Positions 10,510 to 19,085 of a stretch of 64,000 nt of DNA are shown here, one piece after another. Each line of letters starts with the position of its first letter. Within the stretch, counting starts at the first letter, position 1. Made by a program: the position numbers and the translations under genes. Location of the stretch: positions 1 through 64,000 of the IMG/VR virus record IMGVR_UViG_3300028045_000001. The stretch is one strand, 5' to 3'. The notes under the pieces are model-generated. The model ran no database searches and was not told the DNA's origin. It saw nothing but the letters and a program-made list of their open reading frames with translations.

Positions 10510-11067
10510 ATGCAATATGGATATTGTGAAAAATGTGGTCAACTAAGTACAGGCAGGTACCCTTCACGTAAGTGTATGAATGTTGATTGTAAAGGGGAGG
10601 ATGGATACGCCATAGATGAGTTATTCGGGGAATTAATTATCAGGTTACATAGCAATGGTATTGTTACTTCGAATTGTTGTTCCGGACATACTCAACTACG
10701 TGCAAGATCAATAGATACACTTTATATGCAATTTAAAGTATCAGCGGATCGTTTTGATAACACCTTTTTAAAGAGGTGTAATGAAATGGTCCCTAACTTT
10801 CCGGAATGTGACTACAACTTTGAATTATGGTGTAACAAGCAAACCGATGTCACGTACTTCAACCTTGTACTGAAATTAAAATCTAAGGAGGATTCGAAAT
10901 GGCCTACTGAGGCAACTGAACGGCAAATATACCACGTCAGTAATCTTTACAACGTATTATCTGATCCAGGGATGATGCAATTTTTATTTTCATTAACTGA
11001 CGAAGAAGAGAAGCTTAGGTACGCCAGATACAAACTATCAAAGGGCCAAATAGGGGGGCACAAATAA
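10510..11067 (+). CDS. Zn-binding CCSGH-family protein (paralog 2)
   Basis: YCEKCG...CMNVDC...YAIDELFGELIIRLHSNGIVTSNCCSGH; start reassigned to the ATG after RBS ggag. Confidence 0.65.
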   Translation: MQYGYCEKCGQLSTGRYPSRKCMNVDCKGEDGYAIDELFGELIIRLHSNGIVTSNCCSGHTQLRARSIDTLYMQFKVSADRFDNTFLKRCNEMVPNFPECDYNFELWCNKQTDVTYFNLVLKLKSKEDSKWPTEATERQIYHVSNLYNVLSDPGMMQFLFSLTDEEEKLRYARYKLSKGQIGGHK

Positions 11068-11600
11068 TGAGATGCTTTTATTGTAAGTCATGTGGGGTAG
11101 TACATCGTGCGGGGTACCATCCTACTAATTGTAAAAATATGTGTTGCGATGGGACGGTATATGAGATAGATGAGCTGTTTGCAGAATTGATTGTGAAGTT
11201 ACATGGATTGGGCATAGTCACAACCGAATGTTGTTCTGGCCATGCCCATGATGAAAAATCAATTGGGGCGATATATATTTCATTCGCAGTTAAAGGAGCG
11301 AAGACGGAATTCATCAAAAACCACGTTGTAGTCTCACTTAATAAGCAGGCACACGAAGCTTATAAATTTGAGGTCATAGAAAAGGAGGACGAGTATGAGA
11401 GCACCATTAGACTCTGCGTAAAACCAGAATTTAGTGACGTATACATCAATGATTCCCCAACCTGTACAATTTTGAATCACACTAAGTCTTTCATTGCAAT
11501 GTTACTGTATACTCCAAAAATCATAAAGATGCTGTATAGCTTAACTGGAGAGAAAGAAAAACTTAAATACGCTAGATATAGATGTAAGTTACATGCCTAA
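11067..11600 (+). CDS. Zn-binding CCSGH-family protein (paralog 3)
   Basis: FYCKSCG...YEIDELFAELIVKLHGLGIVTTECCSGH; C-terminus LT.E.EKL.YARY shared with paralog 2. Confidence 0.65.
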   Translation: MRCFYCKSCGVVHRAGYHPTNCKNMCCDGTVYEIDELFAELIVKLHGLGIVTTECCSGHAHDEKSIGAIYISFAVKGAKTEFIKNHVVVSLNKQAHEAYKFEVIEKEDEYESTIRLCVKPEFSDVYINDSPTCTILNHTKSFIAMLLYTPKIIKMLYSLTGEKEKLKYARYRCKLHA

Positions 11601-11602
11601 CT

Positions 11603-11624
11603 GTATGGGGGACACCCCCCATAC
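11603..11624 (+). terminator. intergenic hairpin
   Basis: gtatggggg/cccccatac stem after the stop codon. Confidence 0.6.
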
Positions 11625-11661
11625 TTCCACAGCTTTGATGTCTTCCAATTTTTTTCATCTA

Positions 11662-11669
11662 TATATGAC
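11662..11669 (+). promoter_or_regulatory. early promoter variant TATATGAC
   Basis: One mismatch to consensus, same T-run context, upstream of the first BTLCP gene. Confidence 0.4.
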
Positions 11670-11750
11670 TTATATGAACAACAAAGTTTCTATACCGTAC
11701 TAACGTTATCTAAATCATCTATATTTAATTTTTAAATGGAGGTCATCGAC

Positions 11751-12365
11751 ATGAAGAAGGAGTTACTGTTGGCTACAATTGCAATTGTGTGTATTTCCGG
11801 ATGTGATGTTAACCTTGATATTGGGCCTGATGAAAGCACCAGTGGAGATGTCACAAATCCATATGGCGTGCATTCTCATCGTAACGCGGCTGTTCCCAAA
11901 GCCTGGTCTAAATTCTGTGCCCGCTATAATCAACCAATTGCTTCGAAAGACTATGGAAAAAGGTTTCAGGATCTAAGGGAGATCTTTCACCCGCTATTCG
12001 ATAATTTCGATCATGTTGAAGACATAGATCATTGGGGAGTCGAAGAGCAATGGGATATCATGCCTGACGACGATCTTCGTGGGGATTGTGAGGACTTTGC
12101 ACTTACCCTAAGGGCTCGACTTATTAGAAATGGATTTCCCATGCATGATGTCCGCATTGCTACTTGTCATATATTGAGGAAAGGCAAGCCTATGCATCAC
12201 GCGGTCGCTTTGGTTGAGGTCGATAGAGGTGATGTCTATGTGGTTGATCCAAGTGGAATATATAAATTTAAAGAGTATCGAGTAGTGTCCTGGAATAAGG
12301 TATTGGATGAGAGTGGCATATATTGGGTCATGATAGATAATATCCCAGGTACAATCAAACTTTAG
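11751..12365 (+). CDS. transglutaminase-like cysteine peptidase (BTLCP/LapG-like) lipoprotein, triad intact
   Basis: Lipobox ISGC; WGVEEQW...RGDCEDFALTLR...HHAVALVE...VVD. Confidence 0.85.
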   Translation: MKKELLLATIAIVCISGCDVNLDIGPDESTSGDVTNPYGVHSHRNAAVPKAWSKFCARYNQPIASKDYGKRFQDLREIFHPLFDNFDHVEDIDHWGVEEQWDIMPDDDLRGDCEDFALTLRARLIRNGFPMHDVRIATCHILRKGKPMHHAVALVEVDRGDVYVVDPSGIYKFKEYRVVSWNKVLDESGIYWVMIDNIPGTIKL

Positions 12366-12366
12366 G

Positions 12367-12396
12367 GGTAGAGGGAGAGCATGCTCTCCCTCTACC
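12367..12396 (+). terminator. 30-bp perfect palindrome after the stop codon
   Basis: ggtagagggagagcatgctctccctctacc equals its own reverse complement. Confidence 0.7.
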
Positions 12397-12420
12397 TGAA
12401 CTCATTATTTTTTTTATTTA

Positions 12421-12428
12421 TATGTTAC
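12421..12428 (+). promoter_or_regulatory. early promoter variant TATGTTAC
   Basis: One mismatch to consensus, after palindrome and T-run. Confidence 0.4.
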
Positions 12429-12482
12429 AATCATAGTACAACGATGGTATGTGAAATTTAATTTATAGGGAGTAAAAAAAAT

Positions 12483-13520
12483 ATGGTAGCCAATATTGAA
12501 AAAATTTTAAGCACGATAGTTAGTGAATATAAATCATGGTGTCAAAAAAATAATGTTAAAGATTTTAATAATGAAGATTATAAATATTGTTTTATTGCGG
12601 ATTTTTTTAAACTTAATTCACAAGAACGACGCTTCACTGTTTTAATATCAAAGAAATGCTTAGAAGTATGTGAAGTCATACTCTATGGGGAATCTTTTGA
12701 ATATATGAAAAACGAAGAAAATTCTCTTTGGTTTTATACGGTAATAAATATGACATTCATGGAAAATTTACTTAACTGGGGTACTTCTATTCGTGTAGCA
12801 TGGTTTGAAATTGATGAGAAAGAATATTGTTTTACACATTTCACTCTTAATCTTGATATAGAATCATGGGGAGATTTTATTAAAGCGACTCGTGAATTTA
12901 CAAGAATGAGCTTAACGCCCACAGACTCAGTTGGATCTATAAATACAATTACATATGAAATGGGTTGTAGAATAGCAAAGGATATAATAAAATATTCTAA
13001 AACCAATGATTTATTATTTAAAGTAAAACAAATATTAGTGCGACTGCAGCACATAATGTTTAGCTTTAAAATAAATAAAAGATTTGTATTGACCAGCGAT
13101 AAGAACTTAAAAAATTATAATAATATAAAAATATATTTAATAGATAATACAGAACCACTTAATAGTTGTATATCGCATCTTGATCCAGATGATGTATTTA
13201 CAACGATACCACTTGACCGATTTTATTCGTTTGAAGAAGTAATTGATTCAACTACATTATGTATAAATGTATTGTCTGAAAAAGATTTAATCATTGCGTC
13301 TGGAATATATAGTTTTATTGGAAGCTGCTTATACAACGAATTTAGTATCGATTGTGTTGAAGATAGATGTATAGATGATTCTTATAAAATGCGCTTGCTG
13401 CAAAGCAAAGAAAAAAAGACACTATGTATAGAAAAGGGAGACTATGGCGAAAGGGGTCGTTTATATATAGATGATCTTGTCTATGTCACTATAGAAAATA
13501 TAGACGAAGTTAAATTTTAA
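12483..13520 (+). CDS. hypothetical protein in a visibly lower-GC segment
   Basis: N-terminal half paralogous to the next ORF (YKY.FI.D.F...KKCLEVCE.ILY..FEY.KNEEN.LW). Confidence 0.7.
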   Translation: MVANIEKILSTIVSEYKSWCQKNNVKDFNNEDYKYCFIADFFKLNSQERRFTVLISKKCLEVCEVILYGESFEYMKNEENSLWFYTVINMTFMENLLNWGTSIRVAWFEIDEKEYCFTHFTLNLDIESWGDFIKATREFTRMSLTPTDSVGSINTITYEMGCRIAKDIIKYSKTNDLLFKVKQILVRLQHIMFSFKINKRFVLTSDKNLKNYNNIKIYLIDNTEPLNSCISHLDPDDVFTTIPLDRFYSFEEVIDSTTLCINVLSEKDLIIASGIYSFIGSCLYNEFSIDCVEDRCIDDSYKMRLLQSKEKKTLCIEKGDYGERGRLYIDDLVYVTIENIDEVKF

Positions 13521-13530
13521 TCCAAGGAAA

Positions 13531-14031
13531 ATGCGTATGTCAGATAATATTAAAAAATACCTAGATGTACTAATTAAACAATATGAAGAATGGATTAAAG
13601 GTAGCGACTATTATGAGGCATGGGTTGAAGAAAATAAATATATTGAAAATTTTAATGATGTAGATTATAAATATTATTTCATTTCAGATGTTTTTGAATT
13701 TACTACATATGAAAATTACTACTCTGCATTAATGGCAAAAAAATGTCTGGAGGTATGTGAAACTATACTCTATAAGAATTTTGAATACATCAAAAATGAA
13801 GAAAATGCGCTATGGTATAACATAATAATTAATATGCCAATTTTAAATGATAAACTTAATTTAAATTCATCTATTCATGAAATACGATTTGAGATTGATG
13901 GGGGGACTAAATATGAAAGTTATTGGTTTCCATATAAATTAACTACTGAATCATGGGGAGAATTCATTAAAGCAATCCGCGAGTTTATACAAACGGAATT
14001 TTATAAACATAATGCACATATTGTAGTATAA
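13531..14031 (+). CDS. hypothetical protein, paralog of the 12483 N-terminal domain
   Basis: Shared motifs KKCLEVCE and ESWGEFIKA. Confidence 0.7.
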   Translation: MRMSDNIKKYLDVLIKQYEEWIKGSDYYEAWVEENKYIENFNDVDYKYYFISDVFEFTTYENYYSALMAKKCLEVCETILYKNFEYIKNEENALWYNIIINMPILNDKLNLNSSIHEIRFEIDGGTKYESYWFPYKLTTESWGEFIKAIREFIQTEFYKHNAHIVV

Positions 14032-14077
14032 ATGTCTTTCAATGTTTATTAGTTATATATAACTTGACTGAAAGAAG
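14031..14077 (+). repeat. 47-bp duplicated promoter cassette, copy 1
   Basis: aatgtctttcaatgtttattagttatatataacttgactgaaagaag; copy 2 at 15767-15813 differs by one base; contains TATATAAC at 14056-14063. Confidence 0.85.
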
Positions 14078-14124
14078 GAAAGTATATAACTAATAAACTT
14101 AAATACATTGGAGGACACACTATC

Positions 14125-14739
14125 ATGAAAAAGAATATCTTAAATGCAATAGTTGTAATTTTTGTAGTATTGAATATGGTTGCTTGCGATAGCTCAGCCG
14201 ATGGAGATCAATCTCGATCTGGATCTTATAACAATCAAGTATCCAGGATCAAAGCTTATGATGAGTTCTTAGAGAGAGCAGGTCACGAAGTCCCAACAGC
14301 TCCTGAAAAATCCACTGCTGATCTTCAAAGAGTTTATAATGAACTTAGAGACAACTTCACTTACATGAGCGATAAGGAACAATACAATGTAGAAGATTAT
14401 TGGACCATCATGTCAGATGACAATCTTGTTGGAGATGCCGAAGACTTTGTGTTGACTCTTCGTAAGAAACTGATGGATGATGGGTTTAGACTGGCTAATG
14501 CACGAATAGCGCGATGCTATGTCCCAAGAGAAGACAATAAGTATGACTCTAAATACGTCAGCATCAACCATACTGTGCTTCTTGTAGAAGTCGAAATGGG
14601 TAGAGTGTATGTTGTAGATTCAGATGCCCATTATGATTTTTATAACTTTCCTGTGGTAGAGTGGGCTGACATGCTTGATGAAACTGGTGACTATTGGGTC
14701 AAGTTGGATATCCCTGGAAACAGCGATCGGATGATGTAA
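14125..14739 (+). CDS. BTLCP/LapG-like lipoprotein, catalytic Cys replaced by Ala
   Basis: Lipobox MVAC; GDAEDFVLTLR in place of GDCED; NHTVLLVE...VVD. Confidence 0.8.
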   Translation: MKKNILNAIVVIFVVLNMVACDSSADGDQSRSGSYNNQVSRIKAYDEFLERAGHEVPTAPEKSTADLQRVYNELRDNFTYMSDKEQYNVEDYWTIMSDDNLVGDAEDFVLTLRKKLMDDGFRLANARIARCYVPREDNKYDSKYVSINHTVLLVEVEMGRVYVVDSDAHYDFYNFPVVEWADMLDETGDYWVKLDIPGNSDRMM

Positions 14740-14743
14740 TAAC

Positions 14744-14781
14744 TATACAGGTACTGGGCGATATCGCCCAGTACCTGTATA
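14744..14781 (+). terminator. 38-bp perfect palindrome
   Basis: tatacaggtactgggcgat|atcgcccagtacctgtata. Confidence 0.7.
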
Positions 14782-14841
14782 CAAATAAACATTATTTTTT
14801 TACCATGTACTGATGTGCCGTCTTTCAATAAACCTTGGTTA

Positions 14842-14849
14842 TATATAAC
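14842..14849 (+). promoter_or_regulatory. early promoter variant TATATAAC
   Basis: Same ggttatatataactt context as the 47-bp cassette. Confidence 0.5.
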
Positions 14850-14904
14850 TTATATGAGGAATAAAAAATTATACAATCAATTTAACTACATTGGAGGACG
14901 GACT

Positions 14905-15702
14905 ATGAAAAAGAATATATTAATTGCGATATCTACACTATTCATGATGTTTACTATGGTTGCTTGTGATGGGAGCAGTGGTGGGGGTGGTGCCTCCGGC
15001 GATGACCTATCGGATTCCGGCGAGCTCACCGGAGATCTTGGCACAGACATCATCATAGATCAATATGTTGGGAACACTACTCCGATTATATCCGTTGGTC
15101 AACCAACTGGACGAGTGCGGGCGTATGATGATTTCTTAAGAAGGGATGGGCAGGATGTTCCAGTGGCTCCGAATAAAAATTCGTTTGATCTGAAAAAAGC
15201 GCATAAGGCATTCAGAAAAAAATTCACCTACATGCACGACATAGATAAATACGGTGTAGATGAATATTGGACTATTATGCCTGATGATGATCTTGTTGGG
15301 GATTGCGAAGACTTTGCTCTAACCTTTCGTGAGAAATTAATTGAAGCTGGATTTACTCCACCAAACGTTAGGATAGCAACCTGCGTAATGCCAAATGGAT
15401 ATAGAGATAATAGCCATCAGACTTATCATGCTGTACTCATCGTAGAAGTTTTTTGGGGTGAGGTGTATGTAGTAGATTCCAAGAGATGTTTGAAGTTCGA
15501 TAGCTTTAAAGTAATAGAGTGGGATAAAGTACTTGATGAAACTGGCAACTATTGGGTCAAGATGCGCATACCTAAGGATAAAGGAAATGGCGATCCAGGT
15601 AATGATAATAAAATTGAAGAAGAGGAAACCGAGAAGGAGGACATGGAAGACGACGAACGAAAAGATGGTCCAATAGGCTATTATGATAGACACTATGCAT
15701 AA
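14905..15702 (+). CDS. BTLCP/LapG-like lipoprotein, triad intact, acidic C-terminal tail
   Basis: Lipobox MVAC; YGVDEYW...GDCEDFALTFR...YHAVLIVE...VVD; start at the ATG after ggagg. Confidence 0.85.
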   Translation: MKKNILIAISTLFMMFTMVACDGSSGGGGASGDDLSDSGELTGDLGTDIIIDQYVGNTTPIISVGQPTGRVRAYDDFLRRDGQDVPVAPNKNSFDLKKAHKAFRKKFTYMHDIDKYGVDEYWTIMPDDDLVGDCEDFALTFREKLIEAGFTPPNVRIATCVMPNGYRDNSHQTYHAVLIVEVFWGEVYVVDSKRCLKFDSFKVIEWDKVLDETGNYWVKMRIPKDKGNGDPGNDNKIEEEETEKEDMEDDERKDGPIGYYDRHYA

Positions 15703-15709
15703 TTCAATC

Positions 15710-15749
15710 CTTACATGTTGTTGACCACACTTGGTCAACAACATGTAAG
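15710..15749 (+). terminator. intergenic hairpin
   Basis: 18-bp stem, 4-nt loop, followed by T-run. Confidence 0.75.
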
Positions 15750-15766
15750 AATCATTTATTTTTTTT

Positions 15767-15813
15767 AATGTCTTTCAATGTTTATTGGTTATATATAACT
15801 TGACTGAAAGAAG
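15767..15813 (+). repeat. 47-bp duplicated promoter cassette, copy 2
   Basis: Matches 14031-14077 with one mismatch; TATATAAC at 15792-15799. Confidence 0.85.
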
Positions 15814-15852
15814 TAAAATATAAAACTAATTTAACTATATTGGAGGATGACA

Positions 15853-16470
15853 ATGAAAACAAATTTTATCAATACAATGATAATAATTACTGTAATGTTC
15901 GCTACAGCTGCATGTAAAGAAGATGCATCTATTAGTGATTATATGAATAGCGACGCCACCACAGCAGTTGAATCCATGGGTCGACCAACAAGAAGGGTTA
16001 GGGCTTATGATGACTTCTTAAAAAGAACTGGTAAGAAAGTTAATGCCATTCCAAAAAAGAACTCATTCGATCTTATACGAGTATACGACGAGCTCAGAGA
16101 TAATTTTACTTATATGCGCGACATGGAACAATACGGTGTGGAAGAATACTGGACTGTTATGTCGGACGATGATCCTGTTGGGGATTGTGAAGACTTTGCT
16201 CTAACTCTTCGTGCACGATTGATAGCCGATGGGTTCTCTCCAGTGAATGTCAGGATTGCAACTTGTTACGTACCAACCTCGTATACTAAATCCGATGATC
16301 CAGAAAAGCGACTGAATCATGCAGTTCTTATAGTTGAAATTAATAATGGCCAAGTGTATGTAGTTGATAATGGAGACCACTATAAGTTTCATGAATTTGA
16401 GGTAATTAACTGGGACCGCATGCTTGATGAGACTGGAAATTATTGGGTCAATATGAACGTGTCCAGCTAA
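15853..16470 (+). CDS. BTLCP/LapG-like lipoprotein, triad intact
   Basis: Lipobox TAAC; YGVEEYW...GDCEDFALTLR...NHAVLIVE...VVD. Confidence 0.85.
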   Translation: MKTNFINTMIIITVMFATAACKEDASISDYMNSDATTAVESMGRPTRRVRAYDDFLKRTGKKVNAIPKKNSFDLIRVYDELRDNFTYMRDMEQYGVEEYWTVMSDDDPVGDCEDFALTLRARLIADGFSPVNVRIATCYVPTSYTKSDDPEKRLNHAVLIVEINNGQVYVVDNGDHYKFHEFEVINWDRMLDETGNYWVNMNVSS

Positions 16471-16483
16471 AGATTAGACCTAA

Positions 16484-16512
16484 TGTAGGGTGGGCAATAT
16501 GCCCACCCTGTA
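16484..16512 (+). terminator. intergenic hairpin
   Basis: agggtgggca/tgcccaccct stem followed by T-run. Confidence 0.7.
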
Positions 16513-16554
16513 GTGTATTTTTTTATATTTCTATAAAACTAATTGGAGGATGTT

Positions 16555-17157
16555 ATGAAAGGGATCTTTATAAACGTGACCCTAATTGGCCTACTGCTAC
16601 TTGGACTCGCTTGCGAAGAAACAGAAGTTACCCATTCAAAAATAGGTAAGCATAATAGATGGAGGCATGCCGGGTACGATGACTTTCTTAAGACACGTGG
16701 GCAAAAAATTTTCGATAACCCAAAGAAGTTCCTTGTCGATTTTCGAAAGATATACGACGAGCTTAGAGATAATTTCACGTATATGGGTGACGAAGAACAG
16801 TATGGCAAAGAAGACTATTGGACCATTATGCCTGACGACAATCTGGTTGGGGATGATGAGGATTTTGTGCTAACCCTCAGAGAAAGATTAGTTAGTAGTG
16901 GTTTTAATAAAGCTAACGTAAGGATTGCCAGATGTTATAAACCGAGGGAGGATAATAAATATGATTCGGAGTACCTTATGTTCAATCATGTTGTGGCCCT
17001 TGTTGAAATTGAAATGGGAAGGTTGCTTGTAGCAGATACAGATGACTACTACAACTTCTATCGTTTTCCAGTAGTCAGTTGGTACGACATGCTTGATGAG
17101 ACTGGCGACTATTGGGTCAAGTTGGATATGCCAGGAAATTCGGACAAAATGGAATAA
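16555..17157 (+). CDS. BTLCP/LapG-like lipoprotein, catalytic Cys replaced by Asp
   Basis: Lipobox GLAC; GDDEDFVLTLR; shares REDNKYDS and the PGNSD.M tail with the 14125 ORF. Confidence 0.8.
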   Translation: MKGIFINVTLIGLLLLGLACEETEVTHSKIGKHNRWRHAGYDDFLKTRGQKIFDNPKKFLVDFRKIYDELRDNFTYMGDEEQYGKEDYWTIMPDDNLVGDDEDFVLTLRERLVSSGFNKANVRIARCYKPREDNKYDSEYLMFNHVVALVEIEMGRLLVADTDDYYNFYRFPVVSWYDMLDETGDYWVKLDMPGNSDKME

Positions 17158-17159
17158 CT

Positions 17160-17187
17160 ACAACGCCTGGACATGTCCAGGCGTTGT
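17160..17187 (+). terminator. 28-bp perfect palindrome
   Basis: acaacgcctggaca|tgtccaggcgttgt. Confidence 0.65.
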
Positions 17188-17219
17188 GTAACTTATTTAA
17201 ATACATTGGAGGACATGTC

Positions 17220-17861
17220 ATGAAAAATAAAATTATCAGTATGATGTTAATGGGTGCAATTGTCCTTAATGTAGTTGCATGTGTAGAAGTGACAACTACC
17301 ACAACTACTACAGCTACTGGCGAACCTATTGTAATGGGCGACTACGATATCTCAGGTAATGAAACCCCACTCGAATACATTGATCGACCTTCAAGGAGAG
17401 TTCGATTTTATGATGATTTTTTGAGAAGGACTAATAAGAAAGTTCCCTTAAGTCCTAAAAAGAATGTTGGTGATCTTAAAAAAATATATAAGAAACTTAG
17501 GTCTACTTTTACCTATGTGTCTGACATAAATCAATATGGTGTGGATGATCATTGGGTAGTTATGCCGGACAATAATCGCACAGGGGACTGTGAGGATTTT
17601 GCTTTGACTCTTCGTGAAAAGTTAATTGCAGATGGGTTTGAAAAATCCAACGTGAGATTCGCCACGTGTTACACTCCTAAAAAATATGAGGAAGATGCAA
17701 AGAACAATTACCATGCGGTCCTTATTGTTGAGTTATTTTGGGGAAAAGTGTATGTTGTGGATTATAAGTATTGTGTAGAGTTTCGTAAATTCCCTGTTGA
17801 GAAATGGGATCATGTATTAGATGAGACGGGGAAGTATTGGATCCGGATGGAGATTCGTTAA
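17220..17861 (+). CDS. BTLCP/LapG-like lipoprotein, triad intact
   Basis: Lipobox VVAC, Thr run, YGVDDHW...GDCEDFALTLR...YHAVLIVELFWG..VVD. Confidence 0.85.
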   Translation: MKNKIISMMLMGAIVLNVVACVEVTTTTTTTATGEPIVMGDYDISGNETPLEYIDRPSRRVRFYDDFLRRTNKKVPLSPKKNVGDLKKIYKKLRSTFTYVSDINQYGVDDHWVVMPDNNRTGDCEDFALTLREKLIADGFEKSNVRFATCYTPKKYEEDAKNNYHAVLIVELFWGKVYVVDYKYCVEFRKFPVEKWDHVLDETGKYWIRMEIR

Positions 17862-17906
17862 TTGTTAACGAAATAAATAATAAATTTTAAACGGGGGGTG
17901 TTTAGT

Positions 17907-18962
17907 ATGGCAGAAGAAGCGTATGAAGAAGAGCTGCATTTATTAGCCCTTATGAAAAAACTATTCACGATGGGCGTTGTTTGTTGCAGTGTTGTTTGGG
18001 CAGGATTTAATGTTTGCAGCACTGTCTGGGATTGGGGCAAGGCAAAGTATGAGACACACAAGCAACAATCCCATACTGAGAAACGGTATCTACGACGAAT
18101 GAAATCACTCGTTGCCAGCTACAATGCTCTCGAATCACAAGTTGCCAAAAACGATAGACGATTAACTGAAATTGAAGGAACGATGACCAGTAAATCCGTT
18201 GGACGAACTTCGAACTCATCTAAGGTCAAACTGTGGCCAAGTAATACTATCAGATACCACATTGATGAGAAAATTGAGGATTGGGATTTAACCCAAATGA
18301 TCGATGAGGCATTTGAAAAAATAAGTGAGAATACTTGTTTAAAATTTCATAAGCTTCCGATACTTTGGAAGGATAGGAGTAGCTTTCTGCTAATCACATT
18401 GACGGAGAGTGACGAGGACTATCCTAATGCGACATTGGGCTATTCGCAAAGAAATCAAGTTGAATTGAGTATGTATTCTGAATTTGATACTGTATACCAT
18501 GAGTTTCTACATGCACTTGGATTGCCCCATGAACACCAAAGACCTGATGCTGAAATAGTCGTTAATTTTGATAACCTTGAAGGTGATAGTACTTGGTACA
18601 GAAAATATCCAAAAGATATGTACCCATACCCTTTGGATAAATTCATCTTTGATGCTGACTCCATTATGGCATATTGCTCATATAGCGAGACAACACAACG
18701 AGGGAAGAAAACTATTAATTACGGGAGAGCGCAGGGGTCACTCAGTCCCACTCCAATTGACTACATGAAGATCAATTGTATGTACTGTGGCTCTAATCCT
18801 CCACCGAAAGAGACCCAGTGGTACATGGCACTACTGAACAGGTATTCCCATAAAGGCTCACCAAAGAAGTTGAAGGTGGTCATAGAAGGGGAAGATGGCG
18901 AACGTGATGTACTTGTCACTTTAGATGAAATGGCATCTTTTGGTAATAAAAAAGAATACTGA
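17907..18962 (+). CDS. astacin-family (M12A) zinc metalloprotease with N-terminal hydrophobic segment
   Basis: HEFLHALGLPHEHQRPD signature, Met-turn DSIMAY, WP..TIRY, conserved Cys. Confidence 0.85.
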   Translation: MAEEAYEEELHLLALMKKLFTMGVVCCSVVWAGFNVCSTVWDWGKAKYETHKQQSHTEKRYLRRMKSLVASYNALESQVAKNDRRLTEIEGTMTSKSVGRTSNSSKVKLWPSNTIRYHIDEKIEDWDLTQMIDEAFEKISENTCLKFHKLPILWKDRSSFLLITLTESDEDYPNATLGYSQRNQVELSMYSEFDTVYHEFLHALGLPHEHQRPDAEIVVNFDNLEGDSTWYRKYPKDMYPYPLDKFIFDADSIMAYCSYSETTQRGKKTINYGRAQGSLSPTPIDYMKINCMYCGSNPPPKETQWYMALLNRYSHKGSPKKLKVVIEGEDGERDVLVTLDEMASFGNKKEY

Positions 18963-19085
18963 TAGTTACATGACCGGGAAAACAGATCCTCTTGGCGGCT
19001 GGTATAGTGAAGGTATAATGGGATTTGTGAGAATAGAAGACATGATAGATTTTAGTAGGTAAATTAAAACGAAAGGAGACGTAAA

